In this document: positions 63,531 to 64,000 of the stretch, piece by piece
Layout: each line of letters starts with the position of its first letter
Position numbering within the stretch: the stretch's first letter is position 1
Assembly (NCBI GenBank): GCA_963822965.1
Contig: CAWGJT010000001.1
Location: forward strand, 237,737-301,736
Direction of reading: 5' to 3'
Length of the DNA stretch: 64,000 bases
DNA from: an uncultured delta proteobacterium
Lineage (GTDB): Bacteria; Myxococcota_A; UBA9160; UBA4427
The notes under the pieces: generated by a model
Database searches by the model: none
Told to the model about the DNA's origin: nothing
The model's input: only the letters and a program-made list of their open reading frames with translations
Made by a program: the position numbers and the translations under genes

Positions 63531-64000
63531 TTGAAGCTCTACTACTTCAGGGTCGCCCCCAATCCCACGAAGGTGCGCGTCTACCTGGCCGAGAAGGGGA
63601 TCGAGCTCGAGACGGTGCGGGTGAACCTGGCCGAAGGCGAGCAGCGCGCGCCCGAGTTCCTGGCCCGCAACCCCCTGGGCAAGCTGCCCGTGCTCGAGCT
63701 CGACGACGGAAGCTTCCTCACCGAATCCCTGCCGATCATCGAGTACCTCGAGGAGCTCCACCCGGAGCCCCCGATGATCGGCGAGACGCCCGAGGAGCGG
63801 GCCCGCGTGCGCTCGATCGAGCGCCTGGCGGACGCGGGCGTCCTGATGGCGGGGGGGCGCGCCGTCCACGCCACGCGCTCGCCGCTGGGGCTCCCGCCGG
63901 TCCCGGAGATCGCCCGGGCCGCCCTGCAGACCGTGGAGACCACCCTCGGCGTGGTGGACGCGCGGCTCGCCAGCAACCGGTTCCTCGCCGGCGATCGGGT
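63531..64000 (+). CDS. Glutathione S-transferase family protein (runs off window)
   Basis: MKLYYFRVAPNPTKVRVYLAEKGI, NPLGKLPVLELDDG, TESLPIIEYLEE read directly from sequence. Confidence 0.9.
   Translation, partial: MKLYYFRVAPNPTKVRVYLAEKGIELETVRVNLAEGEQRAPEFLARNPLGKLPVLELDDGSFLTESLPIIEYLEELHPEPPMIGETPEERARVRSIERLADAGVLMAGGRAVHATRSPLGLPPVPEIARAALQTVETTLGVVDARLASNRFLAGDR

Overview
Very GC-rich, gene-dense bacterial chromosome segment. Gene content (several PilZ proteins, an atypical Hsp70, many lipid-metabolism enzymes) suggests a Myxococcota/deltaproteobacteria-like organism; this is inference only. Many genes, including core respiratory ones, are broken by 1-bp frameshifts, most simply explained by unpolished long-read errors, so they are listed as single CDSs. 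The window holds a pseudo-receiver/PilZ + Hsp70 gene run, transporters (MFS, Wzx-like flippase, CorA), two peroxiredoxins, three wax-ester/TAG synthases, beta-oxidation-type enzymes, a GT3 (yeast/animal-type) glycogen synthase, three CBS proteins, a molybdopterin oxidoreductase, tandem GAPDH genes and an A1-type cytochrome c oxidase operon. I saw no rRNA, tRNA, CRISPR array or transposase. Best leads: (1) a GAPDH pseudo-enzyme directly upstream of an intact GAPDH; (2) a secreted protein with a PHM/DBH-like copper-ligand pattern behind a TetR gene with a double palindromic operator; (3) a PilZ gene pair translationally coupled to an atypical Hsp70; (4) a 159-bp MITE with both filled and empty sites visible; (5) a 34-aa membrane microprotein inside the oxidase operon that the ORF track misses; (6) a ~1360-aa membrane protein built from an internal two-fold repeat. 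All product calls come from motif recognition by eye; no database search was run.
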